NCBI GenBank assembly: GCA_964035545.1
Contig: OZ037768.1
Coordinates: 7,286,741 to 7,350,740, forward strand
DNA: 64,000 nt
From: Bugula neritina
Lineage: Eukaryota > Animalia > Bryozoa
Direction: 5' to 3'
Part shown: piece by piece, positions 1-11,100 of the stretch
Numbering within the stretch: the stretch's first letter is position 1
Layout of the letters: every line of letters starts with the position of its first letter
The notes under the pieces: model-generated
Told to the model about the DNA's origin: nothing
The model's database searches: none
Seen by the model: the letters and a program-made list of their open reading frames with translations, nothing else
Program-made: the position numbers and the translations under genes

Positions 1-508
1 TGTCTACTTGCTCAAATTGTCTAGCCATATTTATGGCAACCTCTTCAGTTAGGTCTTCAACATTCATTTTCTGCATTTCACGACTGCAGTTAGTGTCTGT
101 GATTCCTACTACAATTCTGTCTCGCATTTGCTCTGATCTATTGGAAAAATCACACCTATCTGCTATGTCATTTAGAGATCTAACATACTGTTCAACAGTT
201 TCTCCTTGTTGTTGGCAGCGCCTGAAGAAACGAGCTCGTTCATAAATCACGTACTTACGTGGAGAGAAATACTTCTGAAAAGCTTCAGATACTTTTTGGT
301 AGTTTTTAATATCTTCATCCGACAGTGCTAAACCATTGAAAATACTCTCGCTTTTATTTCCCATACAATAGAGAAAGCTGTCAACTTGCAACTGTTCTTC
401 TTCTTGATTGAGCTTTGACAGTGTCCTATAACGACTCCAGCGAGCAAACCATTCAGCCCAGCCAGATGGATCAAAGTCGAACTCTTTAGGGGGGTTAAAC
501 TTAGCCAT
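1..508 (-). CDS. Retrotransposon gag-like protein, N-terminal ~169 codons (truncated by window edge)
   Basis: Manual translation from ATG 508: MAKFNPPKEFDFDPSGWAEWFARWSRYRTLSKL...FLYCMG...YFSPRKYVIYERARFFRRCQQQGETVEQYVRSLNDIADRCDF...MRDRIVVGI, no stop. The WxxW, ERxxFxxxxQxxGE and RDRIVxG motifs are typical of K02A2.6/Mag-like gypsy Gag. Missing from the ORF track because it has no stop in the window. Confidence 0.9.
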   Translation of the reverse strand, partial: MAKFNPPKEFDFDPSGWAEWFARWSRYRTLSKLNQEEEQLQVDSFLYCMGNKSESIFNGLALSDEDIKNYQKVSEAFQKYFSPRKYVIYERARFFRRCQQQGETVEQYVRSLNDIADRCDFSNRSEQMRDRIVVGITDTNCSREMQKMNVEDLTEEVAINMARQFEQVD

Positions 509-576
509 AGCGATAAAACACACTTTAACTTTGTAAATTTAAAATAGCTAATAACTTTAACTTGGTTTCAGCAACA

Positions 577-590
577 CGTACTGGCCACCA
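577..590 (-). promoter_or_regulatory. Primer-binding site complementary to the 3' end of tRNA-Ile(AAU)
   Basis: Plus strand reads CGTACTGGCCACCA, matching (from memory) the 3' end of metazoan tRNA-Ile(AAU) plus CCA; it abuts the LTR terminus. Confidence 0.8.
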
Positions 591-742
591 TGTAATATTA
601 TGGTTGCGGATGAAGTGGATTATATTTTGTTAGTGAACACGAGCAAGTATTGTATTTAACATGGCGATAACGTTATTCAAACTGAAGGTAACCTTGACCT
701 AATAAAAGCGTAACATTATAGCGAGTACATTATAATACAACA
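591..742 (-). repeat. 5' long terminal repeat (152 bp)
   Basis: Minus strand begins TGTTGTATTAT and ends ATAATATTACA (imperfect inverted termini, TG...CA) immediately before the PBS. The partner LTR is outside the window. Confidence 0.75.
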
Positions 743-852
743 ATAGCCTACCAAAGTTCTGTAATTTTATGATTAAAGATATACCTTCTTTTGCTACATT
801 TCTAAACTAGAACACAGGCTTTTCTCATTTTCTCCATTACTGTACCTACCTC
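743..852. mobile_element. MITE-like family A, copy 1 (left arm truncated at the LTR)
   Basis: Shares TTTTGCTACATTTCTAA-CTAGAACACAGGCTTTTCTCA...CCATTACTGYACCTACCTC with copies at 35986, 48100 and 58279. Confidence 0.75.
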
Positions 853-3643
853 GCCATTAAGTTATACTGAATATTCTGTTACAAGACATTGGTCAAAGTA
901 TATTTGCTATATAGTCTTTGCAGCAGGACATAACGAGATAGACACCAGTTAGGTTGTCTGGCCTTCTGTTTATTTGCCACTTTCCCCTTTTACTAATTAT
1001 CTGGAAAAGGAGTATGCTAGTGTTTGTTGTATTTCAACCAGATTATTCTGTCACTCAGGGTGAAACTTAGAAATCGTTTTCACGATTTTTAGTGCTTCCT
1101 ACTAACACCAATTGTTCCTATTCTGCCACTATTCAAGTAGTCATGGTTCTTTCCTTTCCATACGCAGCTAGTAACTTTGAAACATCTAGTTTATTTTAGT
1201 ACCAAATTATTGGCAGATTTTGGGAACTATTGCCAATAGAGTTCATATTTACTCTTGAGGGAATATTTTCACTTTCATAATAACTTGGTAACAAGCTTTT
1301 AAACTCTATGCTCATATACTTGCCTTGATTTAGTTCCTACAACTTATATACAGAAATGGTATGTAGCCTACAAGCCCAATGCGTGATCAAGTCTTTTTCA
1401 ATAGCAATCAATAGAATTGAAGTGGACTTTGCACTATGGATGGAGGATTGTGAAAAGGCTGGTTCATGCAATATAGCACGTAGGCAGCTGAGTGCCAAAC
1501 GGAATCAATTTCCACTTCCTATCCACTAATAATCCACACATTGCACTTCAACTAAATAATCTCATTATTTCATTAATCATATCAAATATGATGCAACGAA
1601 AACATACCTCGTTAAGTAAACAATTTCAATTTAGTCTGTTCAAATCATGGAGTAGCTAAACCTTATGTAAATACAGTGAAGAATATTTAGTATAATAATT
1701 AACATAGGTAGTTTATATAATAAAATGTTTAATCCATGCAATCACTTAGTAATATTAAAACATATTAATTTTATAACAGTAATATTATAACATATTAGTT
1801 ATAATGCAACATAGTAATATCTAGCATAGTACTATTATAACATTGTAATATTAATTATGCTTGAGAAAAACTTTTAAAAAAAAATTTTACCCTTCTGAAA
1901 ACAGCTGTTCTTTCTACCTTTATTACAACTCTGGAAATGTGTTCATTCTTTTAGCTTTACCATTTGTTGACAAAGGACTAAATAAACTTTTTTTCACTTT
2001 TAAAAAAAATATAGGCAGTGGTCAAAGTTAGAGAGTACAATGAGCTCCACCATTCTCTATTTGAATCCCCTAAACTTGGCAGTACACTCCAGTAGTTGAG
2101 GCTAAATTACTGTGAAATATCTTGACCTATACATGGCGAATCAAGACTCTTTCACATTTCACATTTTAACCTTTGACCCTGAAGTTGAAAAACTTTCAAA
2201 ACTAGTGACATTGTTGTACTGAGATGGGGGCTTCTGTACTCTTTGGTGCAGAGAAGCAGATTTTTGCTTAGCTTAGGCTCATAATTCTTTGTTCTGATTT
2301 GGAGCTTGATGGCTTTATTTCAGAAGTGCACAAACATTTTGCATCCAGTTTTCCACAATGTTGGCATCTTTTCAGTATACATTTTTATGTGGGGTGAATT
2401 CCATTAACCTCAATCGTTTTAATAATACAATCATTATGATAATCGCCATGACAAATTCTACTCTATTAACTATTATATATTGTACTCTTTTAATTATATT
2501 AGCCTGCATTTATATAACTTACTAGCACGAAATTTAAGGGGAATCTATGTTATTGATTTATTATTATGCAATACTTGTTTACATTAATTAGTCATAATTT
2601 CCACAGAACTCATGTGCGTTGTAGGATTCAATAGAACTTGCTAGAATATTACTTCAAGAGTATACAAGAGCAGAGGCTTTGTTAATGCAGTAGATTTCAA
2701 TTACAAAGTTTTCATAAACCACACAGCTTAAGACTATTACACATTACAACTGGACATCCCATCTCTAATTCTGGTAAAGAGATATCACAGTATGTTAGAA
2801 TAACAGATATTCATTATTTTTAAAAGAACTGTCACACTGTATCTCCACTTAAGGTGACAATAGTATAAATGTATAATACATGAAATGCTGGCTGTTGGAA
2901 TACTTCTAATTAATTTTGCCTCAGTTGGTCATATATTGACTATGCAATTTTTTACTATGCCATTGTATGTAGCTGATAAGTGAATACACTCACTGTTAGT
3001 GATTTAGGATAGGCTCGTCACGAATGCTGTTCGTGATTACTGCTACAATACAAAAGATGGCTGGAGAAAAAGATTAACTGCGTGGCTGGTTTCCCATACA
3101 TTCATGTGTATAGATTCTTATATTATAATAAGTACTAACTTACCCCCTTACCTTACACTTGCAGTGATATATAAAAACAAATGACAATACCAAATTAAAA
3201 ATGTGGAATCACAGATACTGTATTAGAAAACATAGTTACTTTATTATATTAGGGTAATGCTGTTCAAATAGTGAAAATAATATAAAAATATATTAATAAA
3301 AATATTTCTTTCATTTAAATTTTTTGTATCAACAAATATAAACGTAAAAAATGGTTCTCGCATTACATAACAAGTAAGCTTTAGAACATAACAAGTGGGA
3401 ATGTTTTCTTTTATTTTCGTATTACTTCATCTCCACCAGAGGTATTTCTACATTATATAGATTCACTACAAGTTGCTATTCCTGGGTTTCCTCACTTTCC
3501 GGTATTAGTTGTGCACTATAATATTACAGAATATACAGCTGAGAAATATGGACACAATAGAAACAAATATGACAGTATTTTGTAAAATCAAATAATCAAG
3601 GCAGTGCTCTATCAGTAAGTTATTGTAATTAAATTAAGCTTAC

Positions 3644-4667
3644 CTGTGATTCACCTGTATCGGTAGAATCAAATAGAGGTGTTTGTTTGTTCAGGCTGAC
3701 GAGTTCCTCCATTTGCCTCTCCAAATTCCTTCTTTCCTCATCTGAATCTGTGAAAATTTGTATAAGAAGTGGTATAGTAGTTAAAATTATTATGGCTATT
3801 ATTTTAGTGAAATTCAAGTTTAAGTTGGATTATTACTTAAAAAGTCATTATTTTAATGTTATTTCATGTCTGTATTCTGACCAATCATGTTTATTTTTCC
3901 CTTTAATACAAAATGTCACATACTTCTAACAGCTGGAGTCTTTCTTCTTCTACTCAAATAGGGTCTCCAACACCAATGGATGATCAGCAGAATCATTGAA
4001 ATGAGTGAAATTAAACATATTATTATTATGAGGAATGCAGGAAATGGCTTAATAGCTGCATCGTCCTGCTCATCTTGGGGTGAGTCTGTGACCAGTGGAT
4101 GTTCATTTTCTTCTGAACATTCCTCTATATATTCAAAATCTGAAAAAAAGCACAAACTTTTAGTCAATGCTTTTGTTGAAAGTCATTTCAAAAGTACATT
4201 AGTCTGGTAAACTGGAGTTACTATTTTTACCTGAACAGAAGTGATCACATTTCAAAAGTCTTTCTGGATAGCATTCTGGCAGACAGTTTCGAACTATCTC
4301 TGTATTGAAAGCTGTTGTTTCAATGTAGCAGTCATGTTGCCATTGAGTGGTGTTTCGGGGATAAGTTTGACATTGTGTCTTATCCAGGTTGCACAGTGCG
4401 TCAGCATATGAGGTTAGTGCAACGCAAAAAGCAATCCAGATTTTAATTTTAATTATAATCTAAAATTATAATTACAATAAATCATAAAAAATATTGTAAA
4501 TAAATCTAGTAAATATGTACTGATTTATCATATTATACCTTGTCTGCCTAAATTACATAAAATAAAAGAATATTCTGAGGAAAATATAATGCAAATAATA
4601 AGATTATCTTTTGTTGTCATTATATAATCAGTGCTTTTATACTATATACCTTTTCCATAGAGTTCAT
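3644..4667 (-). CDS. Small type I membrane protein with Cys-rich ectodomain (Grindelwald/TNFR-like, tentative); exons 4667-4650, 4459-4231, 4139-3924, 3747-3644; last exon unresolved (~3538-3450)
   Basis: GT-AG joins keep frame (phases 0,1,1): MNSMEK|IIIKIKIWIAFCVALTSYADA (signal peptide), LCNLDKTQCQ...HDCYIE...RNCLPECYPERLLKCDHFCS|DFEYIEEC, acidic stalk, TM FPAFLIIIICLISLISMILLIIHWCW, stop-transfer RPYLSRRRK, tail NSDEERRNLERQMEELVSL. Confidence 0.7.
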
Positions 4668-7446
4668 GCAAGGATAGAGCTACTAGGTGATTAAGACTGA
4701 TAAGTTGCAAATGAAGAAAACTTAGTTGGTTAAGTGAATTAATTTCATATAGTCAAAAGAAAAGAGAACAATTAGTGTAAATATATCATAATGAATTCTA
4801 AGAACAGCTTTATTCTCATACAATAGCTGTATTCAATGCAAGCAATCTGTGAGCAATTGTTGTAGTTTTGTGCACTACTAAAGTGAGGTGTTACTGTACA
4901 CACGAATTACTGCTGCATGGTTTACTATGAGGTTGTGAGAGAAACCGAAATAGTTAACGTTTATAATAAATCTATATTTGAAAGCTAATTAGATACAAAG
5001 TCATAAATAGTTGCAAAAGAATATACACATATAGAACAGCTACACAATATTATCCTAATCTACATGACAGTTATCCTCCAACAGAGGCCAGGTGCCGGAA
5101 GGCGTTGTTTATATCTGGCTCTGATTGTCCGGTGGGTGGTTTCGGCGGTGTCACCGTATGGAGTGACATGGTGCTGCATGGAATTGTGGCTTCGCTAACG
5201 GAGTTGTAGTCTCTTGGAACTTCATAATACTTCATAACATAATACAATGTCACAACTCTGTTGCAAGTACTTATACAGGGGATGTTAGGGGGTATACTTC
5301 CCACAGCCACTACACAATGTTATATGGTTTCAGACTTTTTCAAAGAGTCATTACATTATTTGCTTGTTATAAATAGCTGAATGTTTTCCAAGTTAAAATA
5401 ACATACAATCATAACATAAATGCTTCAAGTCCCAAGATTTAGATTATTAAATTAATTAATTGTAAAATAAAGCAACACCTATTTTCCTAATATTTATTCT
5501 ATACAACATAGTAATGCAAGAAGTAAAAATATTAGCTCTATACCATAATTTCTATGCCTCATTGTTGCTGTGCAAAAATATTTTTTGTCTATGTGGAAAG
5601 TAGAAACATGTAACTGTGTTCATTGAACTTGAAGTGGAAATTGAAGTGGAAAATCATTTGAGGATCACTTCATTATTTAACATAATATTTATTATAAAAC
5701 TATTCTTAATATAATATCTTGAACTTAATTCTCTTAATCACTTGTTTGAACATTTTTAGGTTCAGAAATTTTACACATATTTTATATGACCATTTAATTG
5801 AATAATTAATATGGGCTTTACTATTTTTATTGTTATACATGCACAACACACAATCTGTGTACAACAGCTGTTTTAGGGTCTGACCCCCCCCCTGTCAGCA
5901 CAGAAGAGAGTACCATGGCCCACACCTTATGTTTCTACTAAATCAGAAAGCTCGAAGAACTTTAGGAGTTACAAGCCTTGCATAATGCCAGCAGCTTGAG
6001 CATGGTTAGAAAGCTCAATCAATGTCGTTGCTGAGCATAAAGTGAGAGCCTTGTACCTCAATCTGTGTACAACTGCTGTTCTGGGATATAAAATTATATA
6101 TAATATATATTATTATGAGCAAGCATAAAATGTATTGGATTTAATATATCAACTTTCATTTTAGCCATCATTCATTCATGCATTGAATTTATGCTTCCAA
6201 CTTTTCTTTGCAAGTTAGCCTATAAAGATACCTAATTTTGGGTGTTCATATAATGAAACTAATAACAGGTTTTTATAATATCATATGAATTCCATTAGAT
6301 ACATTCATTTTTATACAATTTACAACATATGAATAAAGTATAATAATATGTTCTTTTTACCACATGAAGTTATTCTTAATGATGAAAGAAGTCTAACAAC
6401 TAAAGAAGACAACTCTTGTGCTCTATAAAACATGTCTTCAATTTGTAGGTATTAATGTTGTTTACTAACTAAATGGTTCTAGTACCATACACTGTAAACA
6501 GCATTATGTCAAGTGTAGAAATAGTGAATTGTGGGATGCTTTGGACTAACAATAAGAAAAATTTACACGTTTTAAAACTTCCATTAATTCAAGCAGCCAT
6601 CTTCGTTCTGGTTACCAACACCTATTTTGATAGTAAGTATTACTGTTTCAATTTGCATGAACCTACATACGTTGGAAGTTAGACCTCTGTTGGCAGGCTA
6701 AGAAGATTGGCTATGATTTGAGTTATTATGTTATGAAACAACTCAATATTATGTAACATTATTCCAAGACACATACTACCAATTAGCTTAATGTATGAGC
6801 AGTATTGGAAAAATGTAAATATTATGCACCAATATGAAGCATAGAATTATAAACTTATAACTTTTATACCACACTAATATCTATAAATTTCAACCCAGGA
6901 GTGTGAGTAACGTATAATATATATTATTATAAACTGGAATGTAACAAAAGAGAGATATCATGTAAATCTATAGCAAACCAAATAATTAAAACATGAATAA
7001 ACATAGAATACCAAAAGAGCAAATGTAAAAAATTCAGATCCAAAGCATAAATGTGAGCTGATTTTAACCAAGCAGTTTCTGTAACTATATTAATAGAATG
7101 AACACTACTTATAGAGATTTGGAGCCCTCAACCATTGTTAGTAATAGAATATAATACAAATTTGTTATAATATGAATTTAGAGAGCAATTAATATAGAAT
7201 GCGAAGCTACGGTAAAAAATGACCAAGTATAATTTACTAGAAACTACTTTACATATTTTATCATTTCGAACAGGTCTACATCAACTATGCCAATGCCCAT
7301 TCAAAAGCTATCAAAATATATCTGTGCAATTAAACACAAGTATAGAAAATGAAAAGTAGTCATTATAGAGCAAAGCAGAAAATATAACAAAAATAGTTCT
7401 AAAGATGAATATTATAAACTGGTATTTGACTGGCAAAGATCTCAAT

Positions 7447-8145
7447 TTATTTACTTTCTTTAGATTTCTTTTTACGGGACAAGGTCATTTCTGGGTCATG
7501 CACGATGAGATAGTTGTAAATATTAGCCATCTTTTCCTCTCCATCTTTTCGTCCGTATATGGTTAGCAAATAGTTGCCGGGCTTGTTCATGTTGACCTTA
7601 AACTTAGCTACTAAACCATCATTCTCTCTCACCATGATAACGTGGTCTCTGTACTCCTCATCTGGCTCTCTTATGAAATGATAAGACAACGAGACAAACA
7701 CTGGCACAGCAAACTCGATGTCGAACACAGCTGGCATCTGCTTGAGTTTGCCTTCCTTATGAGTGAGTGGCTTAATACCAAGTTTACTGCAGGCGCTCAT
7801 CATGCCATACTTGTTATTAACCATTTGTGAGGCGTTCTCCATTTTGGCAGCTCCGAGATCTATCCGCTTCTTCACTTTGGTCACATTAATAAGGTACTTG
7901 CAAGCGTGAGCTAGAGTGAGGTCCACGCTATCTGTGTCAGGTCTAGCGTACAGGTCAAGGCCATACTGCCCTGGCTGTGGAAATGTCAGCCCGATTATTA
8001 AATCTTCGTTAGAGGTGGCAGCTTTAACAAACTGATCCAGGAAGTGATCGTCCACCCCATTCATTCTCAGTTTGACTAGGAAATGAAGAGCCCGTCTCGT
8101 CGTAAACTTCAGCTCAACCTCAGACGAGTCGGCATTAATAACAGC
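7447..8145 (-). CDS. Hil: Hillarin-like exon 12 (last coding exon)
   Basis: TTTTTTAG acceptor; AVINADSSEVELKF...FPQPGQYGLDLYAR...KKKSKESK stop. Confidence 0.9.
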   Translation of the reverse strand, partial: AVINADSSEVELKFTTRRALHFLVKLRMNGVDDHFLDQFVKAATSNEDLIIGLTFPQPGQYGLDLYARPDTDSVDLTLAHACKYLINVTKVKKRIDLGAAKMENASQMVNNKYGMMSACSKLGIKPLTHKEGKLKQMPAVFDIEFAVPVFVSLSYHFIREPDEEYRDHVIMVRENDGLVAKFKVNMNKPGNYLLTIYGRKDGEEKMANIYNYLIVHDPEMTLSRKKKSKESK

Positions 8146-11100
8146 CTAAAAAAGTAATTCTTTTCCACCTCAAAATGTCTCCTTTCTACACACAACTGGG
8201 AATATCAAATAAACTAAACCGAAAACTACACAAGGATCTGGAACAACTTTAAATTATTGTTAATGGGGCTAAAGTAATATTTTTATTAGCATTTCATATG
8301 AAATTTTATTACATCAAAATTATTTACTATCATATCACAGCATACATAACATAGATCAACACTTTCAGACAACCAGCTATCTTGAAGAAGGCACAGCAAA
8401 GCACTTCAACTAACCGTTTCATGAGAGAGAGGAAAGAGACGGAAATGTCTGATGGCTTTAGCTGGTCCCCATTCACCGCTGGCACAGTTTGGTAAAGCGT
8501 GCATTTTGTGCTTCAACTCTGAACAGATAATCTTGAATTTGCAGGCGCATTTCAATCGGAAAGGCATTGTAGAACTCGAGCTATCGCCGCTGCTTCCATC
8601 ATCTATCTTATTGGCAAATATCTCTAAGAAGAAGTCTCCTCTCACAGGCAGATGCACACTGTAGATCACCTGGTAATTAGTATAGGGTGAAATATACCTG
8701 CGAAACAATAGTTTCGTCTACAGTTCACACATATCTGGACTTGACGTATGCAATATTGACATGCAGGAGTAGACGATTAATAGAAAAAATGATAATTCAG
8801 TCAGTGATTAGGCAGCATCTTCATGATGCTATAACTAACCAAACATTGGGCATTTCCTCTAAAGAAATCAACAGGCTAATGTATTTTCATACTTTACACT
8901 ATTTATAAAACAAAGCTGTAGCCCAGACCTGAAGGTTAGCAGAGGAAGTGTAAAGGTTAGTTACCATTGCCAAGGCAGGTCATATATATAGATATGTATG
9001 AACATAAATAAAGATTATAGTCAAAAGTATACCCTGTGACCATTTAAACAAGCACGCACATCCCCAACACAGCAAATAAGCTATAAAAGTTCATAAATTG
9101 TAAATATATTCTTTTGCATTTTATTCAACATTAGAAAAGCTGTCCATCTCCAGAATATAGAATATAATGTACCCAAATATCACCTCGGAATAACAAAACC
9201 CCAATATGAGCAGCAATTTAATTTACCTCACAATAAGGCCGGTCCTGTAAAAACACAACTTTATAGACAATATGCGAAATGTGGCTAAATAAATTACAAG
9301 TCACATTACTCATAAATTGAGTCAAAGCTGTCACACCAAAATCTAAAAAATAAGGAAGACAACTCCATGACAAACACGCCTTGTGTGCAACTGCATTGCA
9401 TAGCTAGAACATAGGCTTATTTTACCCCACATTAGAGATGAGTTAGATAAAGCTAGCACACACCTCATCAACCAGCATGCTTTGAAAGACGAATCGGTCC
9501 AACTTGGCCCCCTTGTACTCCGTCTCATGACGGAGCTCTTTTGGAGCGAATCTCAGCTGGTAATGAAACACAATGTCCCGGGCAACTTCGTCGGGAACTT
9601 TAATTCTAATCTCAGCTCCGCCCATGTCATCAGTTCTGAGAACTGCAGAGTATGGCTCCTTGAACATCATGCCAAAGTGGAAGAATACAGACCTGAAAGA
9701 AATACATGCGTAAGTGAAAAGTAAGTACATGCGTTACTTTGGTGATGGCATAAACTTATGTCAAAAAATAAGTTTTTTTAGTGAAACCCACAGTAACTGA
9801 AGCAGTATATTCCATGCAATTATACTAATTTAACATTTACATAATATTAATAAAGTGAATTCCTGAAATGACTAGAAATTGACAAAAAGTGATTGAAACA
9901 AAACTGCTCTCTAACTAGTAACAATCTTTTTTTCTACCCGACATTGTTTTGTACCACTAACAGGGTAGAAACTTACTGAATATAGAAAGGTTATACGCTA
10001 AAAATAGGCTCTACATTGTAAACAAAATGAAACGCCTCACTACAGTATGGTATAGTTTTGCATTAAAATTCACACAACACATTTGTCTTTTTCAAAAGAA
10101 TCAATTTTTTTCGTACACATACTTTTATAGTAAATACATTCAATAAACCTTCACAATGGACGATAAGAACTTTTGAAGGTTGGCTAAGTGGTGGCAAATT
10201 TAACTGAACATAAATTTTTTTTCTGAGAAAAAACTTATTCACATTTTCACGTATCAACAAAACACAATTTAAATGCTATAGAGAAAATCATTGCTGCCTA
10301 ACATCAGCAAAAACATTAACATCAGTTATCTTAGACATATCACACATCCAAAGCAAGTCACCTGGGTTATAGAGTGCCATGGTGATAAATCTAAAGATTC
10401 CATGTCTAATTTCCAAACCAATATAATTTAAAGACTAGTAGAATATTGCATTACTAAAAATTGGCAAGCATTGTGCATGACTCGTGATGGAATTTTGAAA
10501 GTTTGGCGTTATCAGATTTTCATAATATTAAAAAGTAATACTGCTTTTTTAACAGGTGATATTCAACCTTAGTGATGACAAATATGATGTATACTATGGC
10601 ACTATGGCAACAGAAAAAATTAAACCTATCAATTTAATATGAATTATCCTTATTTCCTATCGAATGTAAAGCATATTTATTATAATAAGTAATTCTCATC
10701 AATAAGGAAACAATGCTGAAAATATGTTGAATGACAAAACTGATTTTTCTCTGTGGGACCTCTCTCTTTTACAGTGAAAATGGATTAAATACAAGATATT
10801 ATTACGTTATTCTATTAGCTAAGTAGATTTGCACTTAACACTGCTTAGTGTTTACAACTTCATAATATTCAAGGGTCACACACACACAACGCAAGTAGTA
10901 AACGTGTCAAGATACTTTACTTTAACCTACTTGACAGGCCAATCAAATCACATTATTAATTAGATTCACCCTCAGTGCAACTACTTGTACAGTGCAGTAA
11001 GAGTGTGAGAGGAGAGACTTCACCTTACAAACGGCAGTTCTTCAAACTCGGAGAGAGTCAAAGGATGTTCGAGCAGCTGCCATTTTGGATCATCGGGAAA

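Larger units (their letters stand above)
1..742 (-). mobile_element. 5' portion of a Ty3/gypsy-like LTR retrotransposon (LTR + PBS + gag), continuing off the left edge
   Basis: On the minus strand the order is LTR (742-591, TGT...ACA), PBS beginning TGG directly after the LTR, a short leader, then an uninterrupted gag-like ORF from 508. Confidence 0.9.

Noticed and set aside
33-245. 70-aa plus-strand ORF
   Set aside because: Antisense shadow of the minus-strand gag frame.
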